From: an uncultured bacterium
GTDB taxonomy: Bacteria; Patescibacteriota; Patescibacteriia; Patescibacteriales; UBA12465
Direction: 5' to 3'
DNA: 64,000 nt
Assembly: GCA_903945435.1 (NCBI GenBank)
Contig: CAJAVM010000008.1
Coordinates: 3,812 to 67,811 of the forward strand
The translations under genes and the position numbers were made by a program. The notes under the pieces were generated by a model, which saw only the letters and a program-made list of their open reading frames with translations, searched no databases and was not told the DNA's origin. Each line of letters starts with the position of its first letter. Position 1 is the stretch's first letter. Shown here piece after piece: positions 56,444-64,000 of this stretch.

Positions 56444-57199
56444 ATGGAAACTAAAAATCTCGGTGAGAAAATCTTGCAAACAATACAAGAGCAAAAAATT
56501 AAGCCCAAGGGGCGTTGGTATTTTTTGTTGAAAAATTATTTTATCTGGGCAATTGGTGGTCTAGCTTTGTTAGCAGCGGGCGCCGCCTTATCGGTAATGA
56601 TTTATTTCTTCCGTTACAATGATTTTGGAATGAGAGGAGAAATTAATAAAAGTTTTGCAGAAATGCTTATTTTAACCATGCCATATCTTTGGATAGTTTG
56701 TTTAGGAATTTTTGTTTTCGTTGTTTATTATAATTTAAAACATACTAAAACAGGGTATCGTTATCCTATTTGGATTATTATTACAGTTGCTATTGTAACT
56801 AGTTTAATTTTAGGCGGCTTGTTTACTATCGCTGGTTGGGGAGAGAGGCTAGATGAAGTTTTAGAAAAACGTACGCCGATGTATGGTGAAATGATGAATC
56901 CTCATATAAATTTTTGGTCTAATCCTGGAGAGGGAAGATTAGTTGGTATAGTTTCAGGCATAGCTACAAAAGAAGAATTTAATTTAGTTGATAAGGATGA
57001 TAAAGAATGGGTAATTTATATTTCTGAGAGAGAGTTAAAATTTCCGCTTGAAATTGGCCAGCCGATTCGTCTTTTGGGAGAAAAAAAATCTGAGGTCGAA
57101 TTTGAGGTAAACAGGATAATGCCCATGACTCCAGGTAGGGGATTTTTTAAACATATGGGCCCCGGTGATCATCCGCCGATAATGAAGAAAAATTTTTAG
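56444..57199 (+). CDS. Four-TM membrane protein downstream of the ECF sigma (candidate anti-sigma/partner)
   Basis: 251 aa. Starts 4 nt after the sigma-factor stop. Four hydrophobic segments followed by a ~120-aa soluble C-terminal domain. No zf-HC2 motif seen. Confidence 0.5.
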   Translation: METKNLGEKILQTIQEQKIKPKGRWYFLLKNYFIWAIGGLALLAAGAALSVMIYFFRYNDFGMRGEINKSFAEMLILTMPYLWIVCLGIFVFVVYYNLKHTKTGYRYPIWIIITVAIVTSLILGGLFTIAGWGERLDEVLEKRTPMYGEMMNPHINFWSNPGEGRLVGIVSGIATKEEFNLVDKDDKEWVIYISERELKFPLEIGQPIRLLGEKKSEVEFEVNRIMPMTPGRGFFKHMGPGDHPPIMKKNF

Positions 57200-57275
57200 A
57201 GTGCGTATTAAATAGCAGACGAACAAGTTAAGATCTTAATAGTCAAAGCTAATTAATAATCTAAAAATAAATAAT

Positions 57276-57737
57276 ATGAAAAAAGATACTTTGTTAAAAG
57301 GTGCGGCCGTAATAGGAGCAATTGCCTTGATGGCTGGAGGAATGGTTGCGGTTGATGCTGCTGTTAATGATGCGACTGTTAAAAATTTAAATACTAATAG
57401 TGGAGTTCAGGGTCAAAGATTAGGATCCGGCAAAAATCTAAATGAAGCTGATAGAGCCGCCTACCAAGCTGATAGAGAAGCAAGACGAACTGCAGTAACC
57501 GCTGCTTTGAATGCTAATGATTATGCTGCCTGGGTAAAGGCTGAAGGTGCAACAAGCCCAATGGCTACTAAAGTTACCGAAGCTAATTTTGCTAAATTTG
57601 TTGAAGCTCATAAACTAATGGATCAAGCAAGAACTATCTTTACTGATTTAGGCTTAGAAAATGGTGAAGGTAAAGGGATGGGAATGGGCCATGGTTTAGG
57701 TATTGGTGCTGGTACCGGAAGAATGATGAATAAATAA
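57276..57737 (+). CDS. Secreted or membrane-anchored Ala-rich protein with Gly/Met/His-rich C-terminal tail
   Basis: 153 aa. N-terminal hydrophobic signal/anchor, and the tail G-E-G-K-G-M-G-M-G-H-G-L-G-I-G-A-G-T-G-R-M-M. Confidence 0.6.
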   Translation: MKKDTLLKGAAVIGAIALMAGGMVAVDAAVNDATVKNLNTNSGVQGQRLGSGKNLNEADRAAYQADREARRTAVTAALNANDYAAWVKAEGATSPMATKVTEANFAKFVEAHKLMDQARTIFTDLGLENGEGKGMGMGHGLGIGAGTGRMMNK

Positions 57738-57754
57738 TACTGAAATAATATTAG

Positions 57755-57787
57755 ACGACCCCTTAAATTTAGGGGTCGTTTTTTTAT
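57755..57787 (+). terminator. Strong rho-independent terminator
   Basis: 9-bp stem acgacccct (57755-57763) / aggggtcgt (57771-57779), 7-nt loop, T-run. Confidence 0.8.
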
Positions 57788-57820
57788 TTCTAAAAAAGCC
57801 TCGCATATGTTAAACTTTAA

Positions 57821-60475
57821 GTGAAACTAATGCTTAAGTTTATTATTATGGATAAAATTATTTTCTATCAATTAGCCGCTGATGCAACATTTAAAAAGTT
57901 GCAATCTTCTGTTTCCGGTTTAAATTCCGCAGAGGCTGCTAAACGTTTAGCGGAAAACGGTTTAAATAAATTACCCAAGGAGAGAGCCCTTAATGGTTTG
58001 CGTTTATTTTTTAATCAGTTCAAAAACCCTCTGGTTTTTATTTTAATTGCTGCTTTGATAATCAGTTTCTTCGCCGGGCATAGTTCTGATTCTTGGATTA
58101 TTTTAGTTGTTGTTTTAGTTACCAACACGATTGGGTTCTTGCAGGAGTGGAAAGCGAACAATGCTTTAGAAAAACTAAATAATACCGTTACTTATAAAGT
58201 AAGGACTTGGCGTAATGGAGAGTTAACAATTTGTGAACGGGAAGATTTAGTTATTGGTGATGTGATTGAATTAGCTGCGGGAGATGTTGTTCCGGCTGAT
58301 GCTCGTATATTTATTGCTAAAAATTTAAAAATAAACGAAGCACCTTTAACTGGTGAATCTTTACCGGTTGAGAAAAATATTATTGAAATAAAAAAATCAG
58401 TTCCACTTGCTGAAAGAATTAATATCGCTCATCAGGGGACTGTAGTTGCTGATGGTTTTGGGCGGGCAGTGATTATTGCTGTTGGTCAGGACACGGAGAT
58501 TGGACAGGTTGCTAAGTTAATTAAAGAAACTAGTGATGAATTAACTCCTCTGCAAAAACAAATTAATAAATTTGGTATTCGCCTTGGTATTTTTTTAGTT
58601 GCCGCTAATGTGGTCATCTTTTTTATAGGAGTTTTGTTGGGTCGTGATATTTTTGAAATGTTTATGGTTTCGGTTGTGATAGTTGTTTCAGCAGTTCCTG
58701 AAGGCTTAATTCCGGCGATGACAATTATTTTAGCAATTGGAATGCAACGCTTAGCTAAGAAGCAAGGTTTAGTTAGACGAGCAGTCGCCGCTGAGACCTT
58801 AGGTTCGGTTTCGGTAATCTGTGCAGATAAAACTGGAACCTTAACTCAGGGAGAAATGTTAGTTGATAAACTTATTACTTCTGGAAAAGTTGTTAGCGGC
58901 GGGAATCATTCCTTAGCCCTTAAAATTAGCGTTATATGTAATGACGGCTTAATAGAAAATCCTGGTGATAAATCGGGAGCTTTAAAAGTATCGGGAAATC
59001 CGACGGATAAAGCTTTACTGCTTTCAGGCGCGGCCATTGGTTTATTTCGTAAGGAATTAGAAATATTAGAACCACGATTAGATGAGATTGCCTTTTCTTC
59101 CGATTTAAAAATGATGGCGACTTTAAATGAAGCGGAAGCTGGTGGAGAAATAATTTATGTTAAGGGTGCTCCAGAAAAAATATTAGAATTATCAACAATG
59201 ATGGAAGTTGATGGGTATGAGAAAAAAATTCTTAAAAAAGATAGAGAGGAATTTATTAATCAAATCAACAAATTTACTAAAACTGGAGAGAGGGTAATTG
59301 CTTTAGCTTATAAAACAAGGCCTGGCTCTAAAAGTAAAAATTTAAAACCGTCTGATTTAGAGGGTCTGACGTTATCCGGCTTTTTTTCACTTCGCGATCA
59401 GATACGAACCGATGTTAAGCAAGCGATTCAATCCTGTCGTGAGGCGGGAATTAGGGTGGTTATTATTACTGGCGACCATGCGCAGACGGCGATTTCTATT
59501 GTTAAAGAACTAGGGTTAGAAATAAATAATCATAATGTGATTGATGGCGAGGAATTGGACGAACTTAGTGATCAGGAGCTTAAATATCGTATTAATGATA
59601 TTAGACTTTACGCACGTGTTAGTCCTCATCACAAGTTAAGGATTGTTAATGCTTTTCAAGAAATGGGGCGAGTAGTGGCTATGACTGGCGACGGGATTAA
59701 CGATTCTCCAGCTTTAAAGAAAGCGGATATTGGAGTCGCAGTTGGAAATGGAACTGATGTTGCTAAAGAAACAGCCGATTTAGTTTTACTTGATAATAAC
59801 TTCTTAACGATTGTTGAGGCAGTTAAACAGGGAAGAATAACTTTTAATAATATTCAAAAAGTTATTTTATATTTATTTACTGATTGTTTTCAAGAAATGA
59901 TTATTATTGGGACATCGGTATTTATGGGTTGGCCCTTACCGATTTTACCAGTTCAGGTTTTATGGATTAAATTAATTGAAGATCCTTTACCAGCCGCTAG
60001 TTTAGCATTTGATGTTTCTGATGATGATGTTATGAAAGATAAGCCCAGGGGCAAAGACCAACCATTTTTAACGGTTCAGTTACAAAAAATAATTGCTTTT
60101 TACGCAATTATTATGGATGTGATTGCTCTGGCTATTTTTTACTATTATTTTAAAATAGTTGGTAATATTGAGTTAGCGCGAACGATAATGTTTACAACTT
60201 TGGGCTTTAGTACGATGTTCTATATTTATGCAGTTCGAAGTTTGAAGCGTTCTATTTTTAAAACGAATCCTTTTTCTAATAAGTTTTTGGTTTACGCAAC
60301 TTTATTAGGAGGTGGGCTTATCTTCGCTTCGGTTTATGTGCCGTTTTTAAATCGCCTGTTAAGTACGGTCCCATTATCCGCTTTCGACTGGATTCCCGTT
60401 CTTAGTTACGGTTTATTAGGAGTAATGATTTTTGAAATCGGTAAAAATCTTTTTAGATTAAATCGGAAGAGGTAA
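57821..60475 (+). CDS. P2-type cation-transporting P-type ATPase (Ca2+/Mg2+-like)
   Basis: D-K-T-G-T-L-T, T-G-D-G-I-N-D-S-P-A-L, P-E-G-L in TM4 and a cation-ATPase-N-like start. No CPC motif. The true start may be ATG 57830 or 57848 rather than GTG 57821. Confidence 0.88.
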   Translation: MKLMLKFIIMDKIIFYQLAADATFKKLQSSVSGLNSAEAAKRLAENGLNKLPKERALNGLRLFFNQFKNPLVFILIAALIISFFAGHSSDSWIILVVVLVTNTIGFLQEWKANNALEKLNNTVTYKVRTWRNGELTICEREDLVIGDVIELAAGDVVPADARIFIAKNLKINEAPLTGESLPVEKNIIEIKKSVPLAERINIAHQGTVVADGFGRAVIIAVGQDTEIGQVAKLIKETSDELTPLQKQINKFGIRLGIFLVAANVVIFFIGVLLGRDIFEMFMVSVVIVVSAVPEGLIPAMTIILAIGMQRLAKKQGLVRRAVAAETLGSVSVICADKTGTLTQGEMLVDKLITSGKVVSGGNHSLALKISVICNDGLIENPGDKSGALKVSGNPTDKALLLSGAAIGLFRKELEILEPRLDEIAFSSDLKMMATLNEAEAGGEIIYVKGAPEKILELSTMMEVDGYEKKILKKDREEFINQINKFTKTGERVIALAYKTRPGSKSKNLKPSDLEGLTLSGFFSLRDQIRTDVKQAIQSCREAGIRVVIITGDHAQTAISIVKELGLEINNHNVIDGEELDELSDQELKYRINDIRLYARVSPHHKLRIVNAFQEMGRVVAMTGDGINDSPALKKADIGVAVGNGTDVAKETADLVLLDNNFLTIVEAVKQGRITFNNIQKVILYLFTDCFQEMIIIGTSVFMGWPLPILPVQVLWIKLIEDPLPAASLAFDVSDDDVMKDKPRGKDQPFLTVQLQKIIAFYAIIMDVIALAIFYYYFKIVGNIELARTIMFTTLGFSTMFYIYAVRSLKRSIFKTNPFSNKFLVYATLLGGGLIFASVYVPFLNRLLSTVPLSAFDWIPVLSYGLLGVMIFEIGKNLFRLNRKR

Positions 60476-61849
60476 TTAACGCAATTCATCCTCACTTTCA
60501 ACGACTAAAAATTTACCAGTATACATTCCCATTGAGCAGGAGAAACTAATTTCTCCTGTTTTATTTGGAGTAAATTCAATAATATTTTCTCCTGGTTTTA
60601 GTTGAGTTTGAATTTTTAAACTAGGAACAACAATGGCGCTTGCGCAAGAGTATGGTGCTTCAGCATCAATTATCCATTTAACCGGCTGGTCTTTAAGAAT
60701 GATAAATGAGTTAGGAACATAACCGCGGTTAGTTTCTTTCATGCGGATTATTCTTGAGCCATCTTCTGTTTCTATATTTGAATTTGTACCAGTCGTGTTT
60801 TTAGCACTATCTTTTTCAATTATACTTGAGTTTCCATTAAAAAAAGTCGGCGCTGAAATTTTAAATAAGCGATAGCCGTTAACTAAATTAAATAAACCAA
60901 AGGCAACAACAATTACTCCAGCGGCGATAAAGAAATTTTTTGATTTCTTTTTACCAAGCAAAGCGCTTGCCCCGCCTATTCCTAATAAGCCTGGAGCAGT
61001 TCCTAGGGCGAAGAGCGCCATAATTAATCCGCCGCCCATAAAAGTTCCAGTTCCTAGAGCATAAATTTGCATCGCCTGAGTAAAACCACAGGGAAGAAAA
61101 AAGGTTAAAGCGCCAAGAAGTAAGGGGCTATCAATTTTTACAACGTTTCCAAATTTTTTAGGAAGAGAAAAATCTAACTTATTTAAAGAAGGAGAAATAT
61201 CTAAGAGTTTTAATCCTAGTACTAAAATAACGCCGCCGATAATTAGGGTAATCACTGAATTTAAAATAGAGGACATTTTAAAAGCGGAACCGACTAGACC
61301 TAAAATTCCTCCAAGAATAAAAAAACCAACTACTCGTCCTAGATTAAATAATAAGTGAGGAATAAACTTTTGTTTACTATTTGCTTCGGGATGATTTTTA
61401 GCATAAGTAGCGGCTAAGCTGAAAACTAATCCGCCCACTAAAGCTAAACAAGTAGAGACGCCAGCGACTAGTCCGACCAAAATTGCTAGCGGCCAAGAAA
61501 ATTCTCCTTTAATTAATCCGCCAAAATCAAGAATATTAGTTTGATTTAGGAGCCAATAAAATATTAAAATAGCGGCCGTAACCGAAATAAAATAACTTAA
61601 GTCTTTTTTTCCTCCAGAATCTGAATCGGTTTTTCCTAAACCATAACCAGCAGCTTTTAAATTAGCGGCAATTTCTTCTAATTTAGGTTCATCACCCTCA
61701 TAGGTTATTTCTGCTAAGCCGGTTCGATGATTTACTTCGGCTTTTTTAACATTCTTAATTTCTTTAAGGCTATCTTCGGTTAATATTTCACAGGCTTTAC
61801 AATGCAAACCCGCAATGGGAACGACGAGTTTATTTGCCATATATTTCAA
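60476..61849 (-). CDS. Fusion membrane protein: HMA metal-binding domain + TauE/DsbD_2-like polytopic core + C-terminal cupredoxin-like domain
   Basis: 457 aa. N-terminal G-L-H-C-K-A-C (HMA CxxC), ~7 TM segments including F-F-L-P-C-G-F, and C-terminal ..P-Y-S-C-A-S..F-S-C-S-M-G-M-Y-T-G-K-F-L-V-V-E. Confidence 0.7.
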   Translation of the reverse strand: MKYMANKLVVPIAGLHCKACEILTEDSLKEIKNVKKAEVNHRTGLAEITYEGDEPKLEEIAANLKAAGYGLGKTDSDSGGKKDLSYFISVTAAILIFYWLLNQTNILDFGGLIKGEFSWPLAILVGLVAGVSTCLALVGGLVFSLAATYAKNHPEANSKQKFIPHLLFNLGRVVGFFILGGILGLVGSAFKMSSILNSVITLIIGGVILVLGLKLLDISPSLNKLDFSLPKKFGNVVKIDSPLLLGALTFFLPCGFTQAMQIYALGTGTFMGGGLIMALFALGTAPGLLGIGGASALLGKKKSKNFFIAAGVIVVAFGLFNLVNGYRLFKISAPTFFNGNSSIIEKDSAKNTTGTNSNIETEDGSRIIRMKETNRGYVPNSFIILKDQPVKWIIDAEAPYSCASAIVVPSLKIQTQLKPGENIIEFTPNKTGEISFSCSMGMYTGKFLVVESEDELR

Positions 61850-61876
61850 TCTAGTTATTTTTATTTTTAGGTCTAA

Positions 61877-62149
61877 TTATTTAGAAGCTAATTTATTTAC
61901 TTTAAGAATTTCATCTAGCATCTTAGTTTTTAATTTTTCATTTTTCGACGCCATTGCATTTTTAAAGCAAGTATTTAGATGGCGACTGAGGAGCATTTGA
62001 TGAGCTGACTTAAGTAGGCCAATGGCGGCTAGGTTTTGTTGCATAATATCAACACAGTACTCTCCCTCCTCAGTCATAGTGAGTAATTTATCAGTTAGGC
62101 TTCTCGCTTTTTTGAAATTAATTAAAATTTCTTTGGTATCATTTATCAT
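61877..62149 (-). CDS. csoR: CsoR-family metal-sensing transcriptional repressor (Cu-type C-H-C fingerprint)
   Basis: 90 aa counted from M-I-N-D-T-K-E (ATG 62149-62147). Y-C-V-D-I-M-Q-Q and R-H-L-N-T-C give the Cys...His-x3-Cys ligand spacing. The tracked 153-aa ORF is an upstream extension. Confidence 0.7.
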   Translation of the reverse strand: MINDTKEILINFKKARSLTDKLLTMTEEGEYCVDIMQQNLAAIGLLKSAHQMLLSRHLNTCFKNAMASKNEKLKTKMLDEILKVNKLASK

Positions 62150-62168
62150 ATTTTTATAGTTAATCTCA

Positions 62169-62181
62169 ACACCTGGGGTGT
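62169..62181. promoter_or_regulatory. Candidate CsoR operator: inverted repeat ACACC-N3-GGTGT
   Basis: acacctggggtgt is the only GC-rich element in the csoR/rarA intergenic region. It lies 10 nt downstream of the predicted minus-strand -10 box. Confidence 0.4.
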
Positions 62182-62191
62182 AGGTATTAAA

Positions 62192-62220
62192 ATTATACTC
62201 TATTGCTTTTATGACGTCAA
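62192..62220 (-). promoter_or_regulatory. Near-consensus promoter for the csoR operon
   Basis: The minus strand reads TTGACG (62220-62215), 17-nt spacer, TATAAT (62197-62192). Confidence 0.5.
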
Positions 62221-62236
62221 ATGATATATTTAAATT

Positions 62237-63454
62237 ATGATAGATAATACTCCCTTGGCTGCTTATTTCCGCCCTAAAAATCTGGTGGAATTTATTGGTC
62301 AAGAAAAAGCGATTGGAAAAGATACTTGGCTTCTGCAAGCGATAAAAGAAGATCGAGTTCCATCCTTAATTTTTTGGGGGCCGCCTGGAAGCGGTAAGAC
62401 GACCCTCGCTTTTATAATAGCCAAAGAGACTAAAGCAGAGTTTGTTGAATTTAGTGCGACCTCCAGTGGGGTTAAGGATTTAAAAGTTGTCGTTGAAAGG
62501 GCTAAAGAAGGAAAAAGACTGGGTCAGAAAACAATTTTATTTATTGATGAAATTCATCGTTGGAATAAGGCTCAACAAGACGCCCTTTTACCTCAAGTAG
62601 AAAATGGGACGATTACCTTAATTGGGGCAACAACTGAAAATCCTAGTTTTGCTGTTAATGGCGCTTTGCTTTCTCGCGTGAAACTGATTGTCTTAGAGGC
62701 TTTACTAAAAGAAGATTTAGAGAAAATTGTAAAAGGTGCGGCTAAACGTTTAAATATAAAATTAACTAAAGAATTGAGCGGCTTGATTGCTCAAGTTGCA
62801 AACGGAGACGCGCGTAAGGCCTTGAGTATTTTAGAGAGTGCGCATGAACATAAAGGTGAAATTACTACTCAACTCATTAAAGATATAATTAATAAGCCAG
62901 GCTTACTATATGATAAGAATGGCGAAGAACATTATAATTTAATTTCTGCTTTGCATAAATCAATGCGCGGGAATAATCCCGATGCGACGGTTTATTATCT
63001 TACAAGAATGATAAGCGCGGGCGAAGACCCTTTATATATTGCGCGTCGTTTAATTAGATTTGCCTCTGAGGATATTGGACTAGCTAATAATAGTGCCCTA
63101 ATGTTAGCGACCGCGACGTATGACGCCTGTCAGCGTATTGGGGTTCCTGAGTGTGGCGTTAATTTAGCTCATTGTGCGATCTATTTAGCAAAATCACCTA
63201 AAAGCATTGCTGTTTATGATGCTTATACTAACGCTCAGCTAGAAATAGAAAAAAGTGGAAATCTTCCAGTTCCTTTGTATTTAAGAAATGCACCGACGAA
63301 AATGATGAAGGATTTAGATTATGGTAAAAATTATAAATATACTCCTTTGCAGGACGATTCTAATCAAGAATATTTACCAGAGAAAATAAAAGGAAAAAAA
63401 TTTTTTAAGTCGAGCACCTCCTCTTCAATACCGCCTCATCTTAAAACAGCTTAG
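62237..63454 (+). CDS. rarA: Replication-associated recombination protein A (AAA+ ATPase RarA/MgsA)
   Basis: 405 aa. G-P-P-G-S-G-K-T-T-L-A, F-I-D-E-I-H-R-W-N-K and the MgsA C-terminal domain (Y-D-K-N-G-E-E-H-Y-N-L-I-S-A-L-H-K-S-M-R-G). Confidence 0.9.
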   Translation: MIDNTPLAAYFRPKNLVEFIGQEKAIGKDTWLLQAIKEDRVPSLIFWGPPGSGKTTLAFIIAKETKAEFVEFSATSSGVKDLKVVVERAKEGKRLGQKTILFIDEIHRWNKAQQDALLPQVENGTITLIGATTENPSFAVNGALLSRVKLIVLEALLKEDLEKIVKGAAKRLNIKLTKELSGLIAQVANGDARKALSILESAHEHKGEITTQLIKDIINKPGLLYDKNGEEHYNLISALHKSMRGNNPDATVYYLTRMISAGEDPLYIARRLIRFASEDIGLANNSALMLATATYDACQRIGVPECGVNLAHCAIYLAKSPKSIAVYDAYTNAQLEIEKSGNLPVPLYLRNAPTKMMKDLDYGKNYKYTPLQDDSNQEYLPEKIKGKKFFKSSTSSSIPPHLKTA

Positions 63455-63465
63455 CTTAAAAACAT

Positions 63466-64000
63466 TTAGCGCGTCTTCCTGAGCGCGAGCTTATAGCCAC
63501 GGCCCGAAAAAGTATGAATTAAATCCTTTTTGTTATTTTGATTAAGTTTCCGTCTTAAACTATTAATGTGAGTTTCAATAGAATTAGAAAATGGGTCAGC
63601 ATTATAGTCCCAAACATTTTCTAAAATTTCTCCTCGAGAGACAACCTCGTTTTGACGACGCAATAAATATTCAAGTAAACAATATTCGCGTCTAGTTAAA
63701 TATAATTCTACTCCCCCGCGTCTAAAACATTTAGCGGTAACGTTAAAAGTTAAGTCTCCAAGGCGAGTAATGATTTCTTTGATTTTTTGCGGGCGCTTTA
63801 AGAGAGCTTTTATTCTTAGTAAAAGTTCGTCAAATAAAAACGGCTTAGTTATATAATCATCGACTCCTAAGTTAAAAGCTTTTTGTTTATCTTCAATTTC
63901 TGATTTAACAGTGAGCATAATTACCGGGATATGATTTTTTTCTTTTCGTATTTCTTCTAAAACTTCTACTCCAGACATTTTAGGAAGAGCATAATCAAGC
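63466..64000 (-). CDS. OmpR-family response regulator (5' end beyond the window)
   Basis: C-terminal winged-helix domain (L-T-R-R-E-Y-C-L-L-E-Y-L-L-R..H-T-F-S-G-R-G-Y-K-L). The reading frame stays open past M at 63978 to the window edge (..L-D-Y-A-L-P-K-M-S-G..), so the receiver domain is truncated by the window. Confidence 0.85.
   Translation of the reverse strand, partial: LDYALPKMSGVEVLEEIRKEKNHIPVIMLTVKSEIEDKQKAFNLGVDDYITKPFLFDELLLRIKALLKRPQKIKEIITRLGDLTFNVTAKCFRRGGVELYLTRREYCLLEYLLRRQNEVVSRGEILENVWDYNADPFSNSIETHINSLRRKLNQNNKKDLIHTFSGRGYKLALRKTR

Noticed and set aside
1950-61999. Other short antisense or out-of-frame ORFs in the track. Examples: 1950-2153, 5309-5494, 6956-7255, 7805-8047, 8915-9118, 12393-12593, 14472-14717, 16780-17019, 21422-21643, 22433-22636, 24186-24503, 26479-26691, 26863-27210, 27487-27705, 28167-28394, 28644-28886, 31352-31537, 32021-32203, 42163-42369, 43046-43294, 47948-48151, 49310-49630, 50858-51043, 51581-51766, 57035-57226, 61815-62000
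   Set aside because: Each lies entirely or largely inside a longer ORF with clear family motifs on the other strand or frame. Each has low-complexity or hydrophobic junk composition and no start-site signals.
62150-62338. 153-aa version of the CsoR-like ORF extending upstream and overlapping rarA
   Set aside because: The extension has no CsoR similarity, would overlap the divergent rarA start by ~100 nt and would swallow the predicted promoter and operator. The 90-aa form from ATG 62149 matches the usual family length.
1-64000. CRISPR arrays, tRNA/rRNA genes, transposases, integrases, prophage or IS boundaries
   Set aside because: All intergenic regions are under 200 nt, AT-rich and lack repeat-spacer periodicity or cloverleaf-like GC-rich segments. 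No ORF shows DDE, tyrosine- or serine-recombinase motifs. This was a by-eye scan only; tRNAscan/Infernal was not run.

Overview
AT-rich, very gene-dense 64-kb bacterial window with about 58 protein-coding genes. By eye I found no rRNA, tRNA, CRISPR array, transposase or integrase. Housekeeping genes (rpsD, gltX, tyrS, asnS, adk, frr, hpf, greA, holB, rarA, rseP, maf) are interleaved with four accessory modules. (i) An operon-like pflA-focA-acd-pflB block (12.7-18.6 kb) encodes a complete pyruvate -> formate + acetate + ATP route. (ii) An ~18.7-kb glycan-biosynthesis island (20.8-39.5 kb) is built from two convergent gene blocks. It includes a gmd / C-methyltransferase / Gmd-like reductase trio, a fused double-SDR enzyme and a three-domain glycosyltransferase. 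(iii) A MacAB-like ABC efflux set sits behind a Gly-rich lipoprotein (45.7-50.1 kb). (iv) An envelope/metal neighbourhood (55.9-62.2 kb) holds an ECF sigma factor, a membrane partner, a secreted protein with a Met/His/Gly tail and a P2-type ATPase. It also holds a CsoR-like repressor with a candidate promoter and operator in front of an HMA-membrane-cupredoxin fusion protein. Unusual single genes are a ~1000-aa tandem-repeat protein with an unplaced C-terminal His/Cys domain, an orphan RhuM-Doc-type Fic protein, an orphan PEP-utilizer swivel-domain protein, and a GC-rich, apparently foreign IMPase-like gene. Low GC, tight packing, ATGA overlaps, scarce Shine-Dalgarno motifs and the gene content fit a reduced-genome Patescibacteria/CPR-like organism, but that is inference only. 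No single finding stands out as a clearly novel system; the highest-scoring candidates are the repeat protein, the gmd trio, the GC-rich island and the CsoR module. All functional calls come from motif recognition by eye on the supplied translations. No database search or computation was run.
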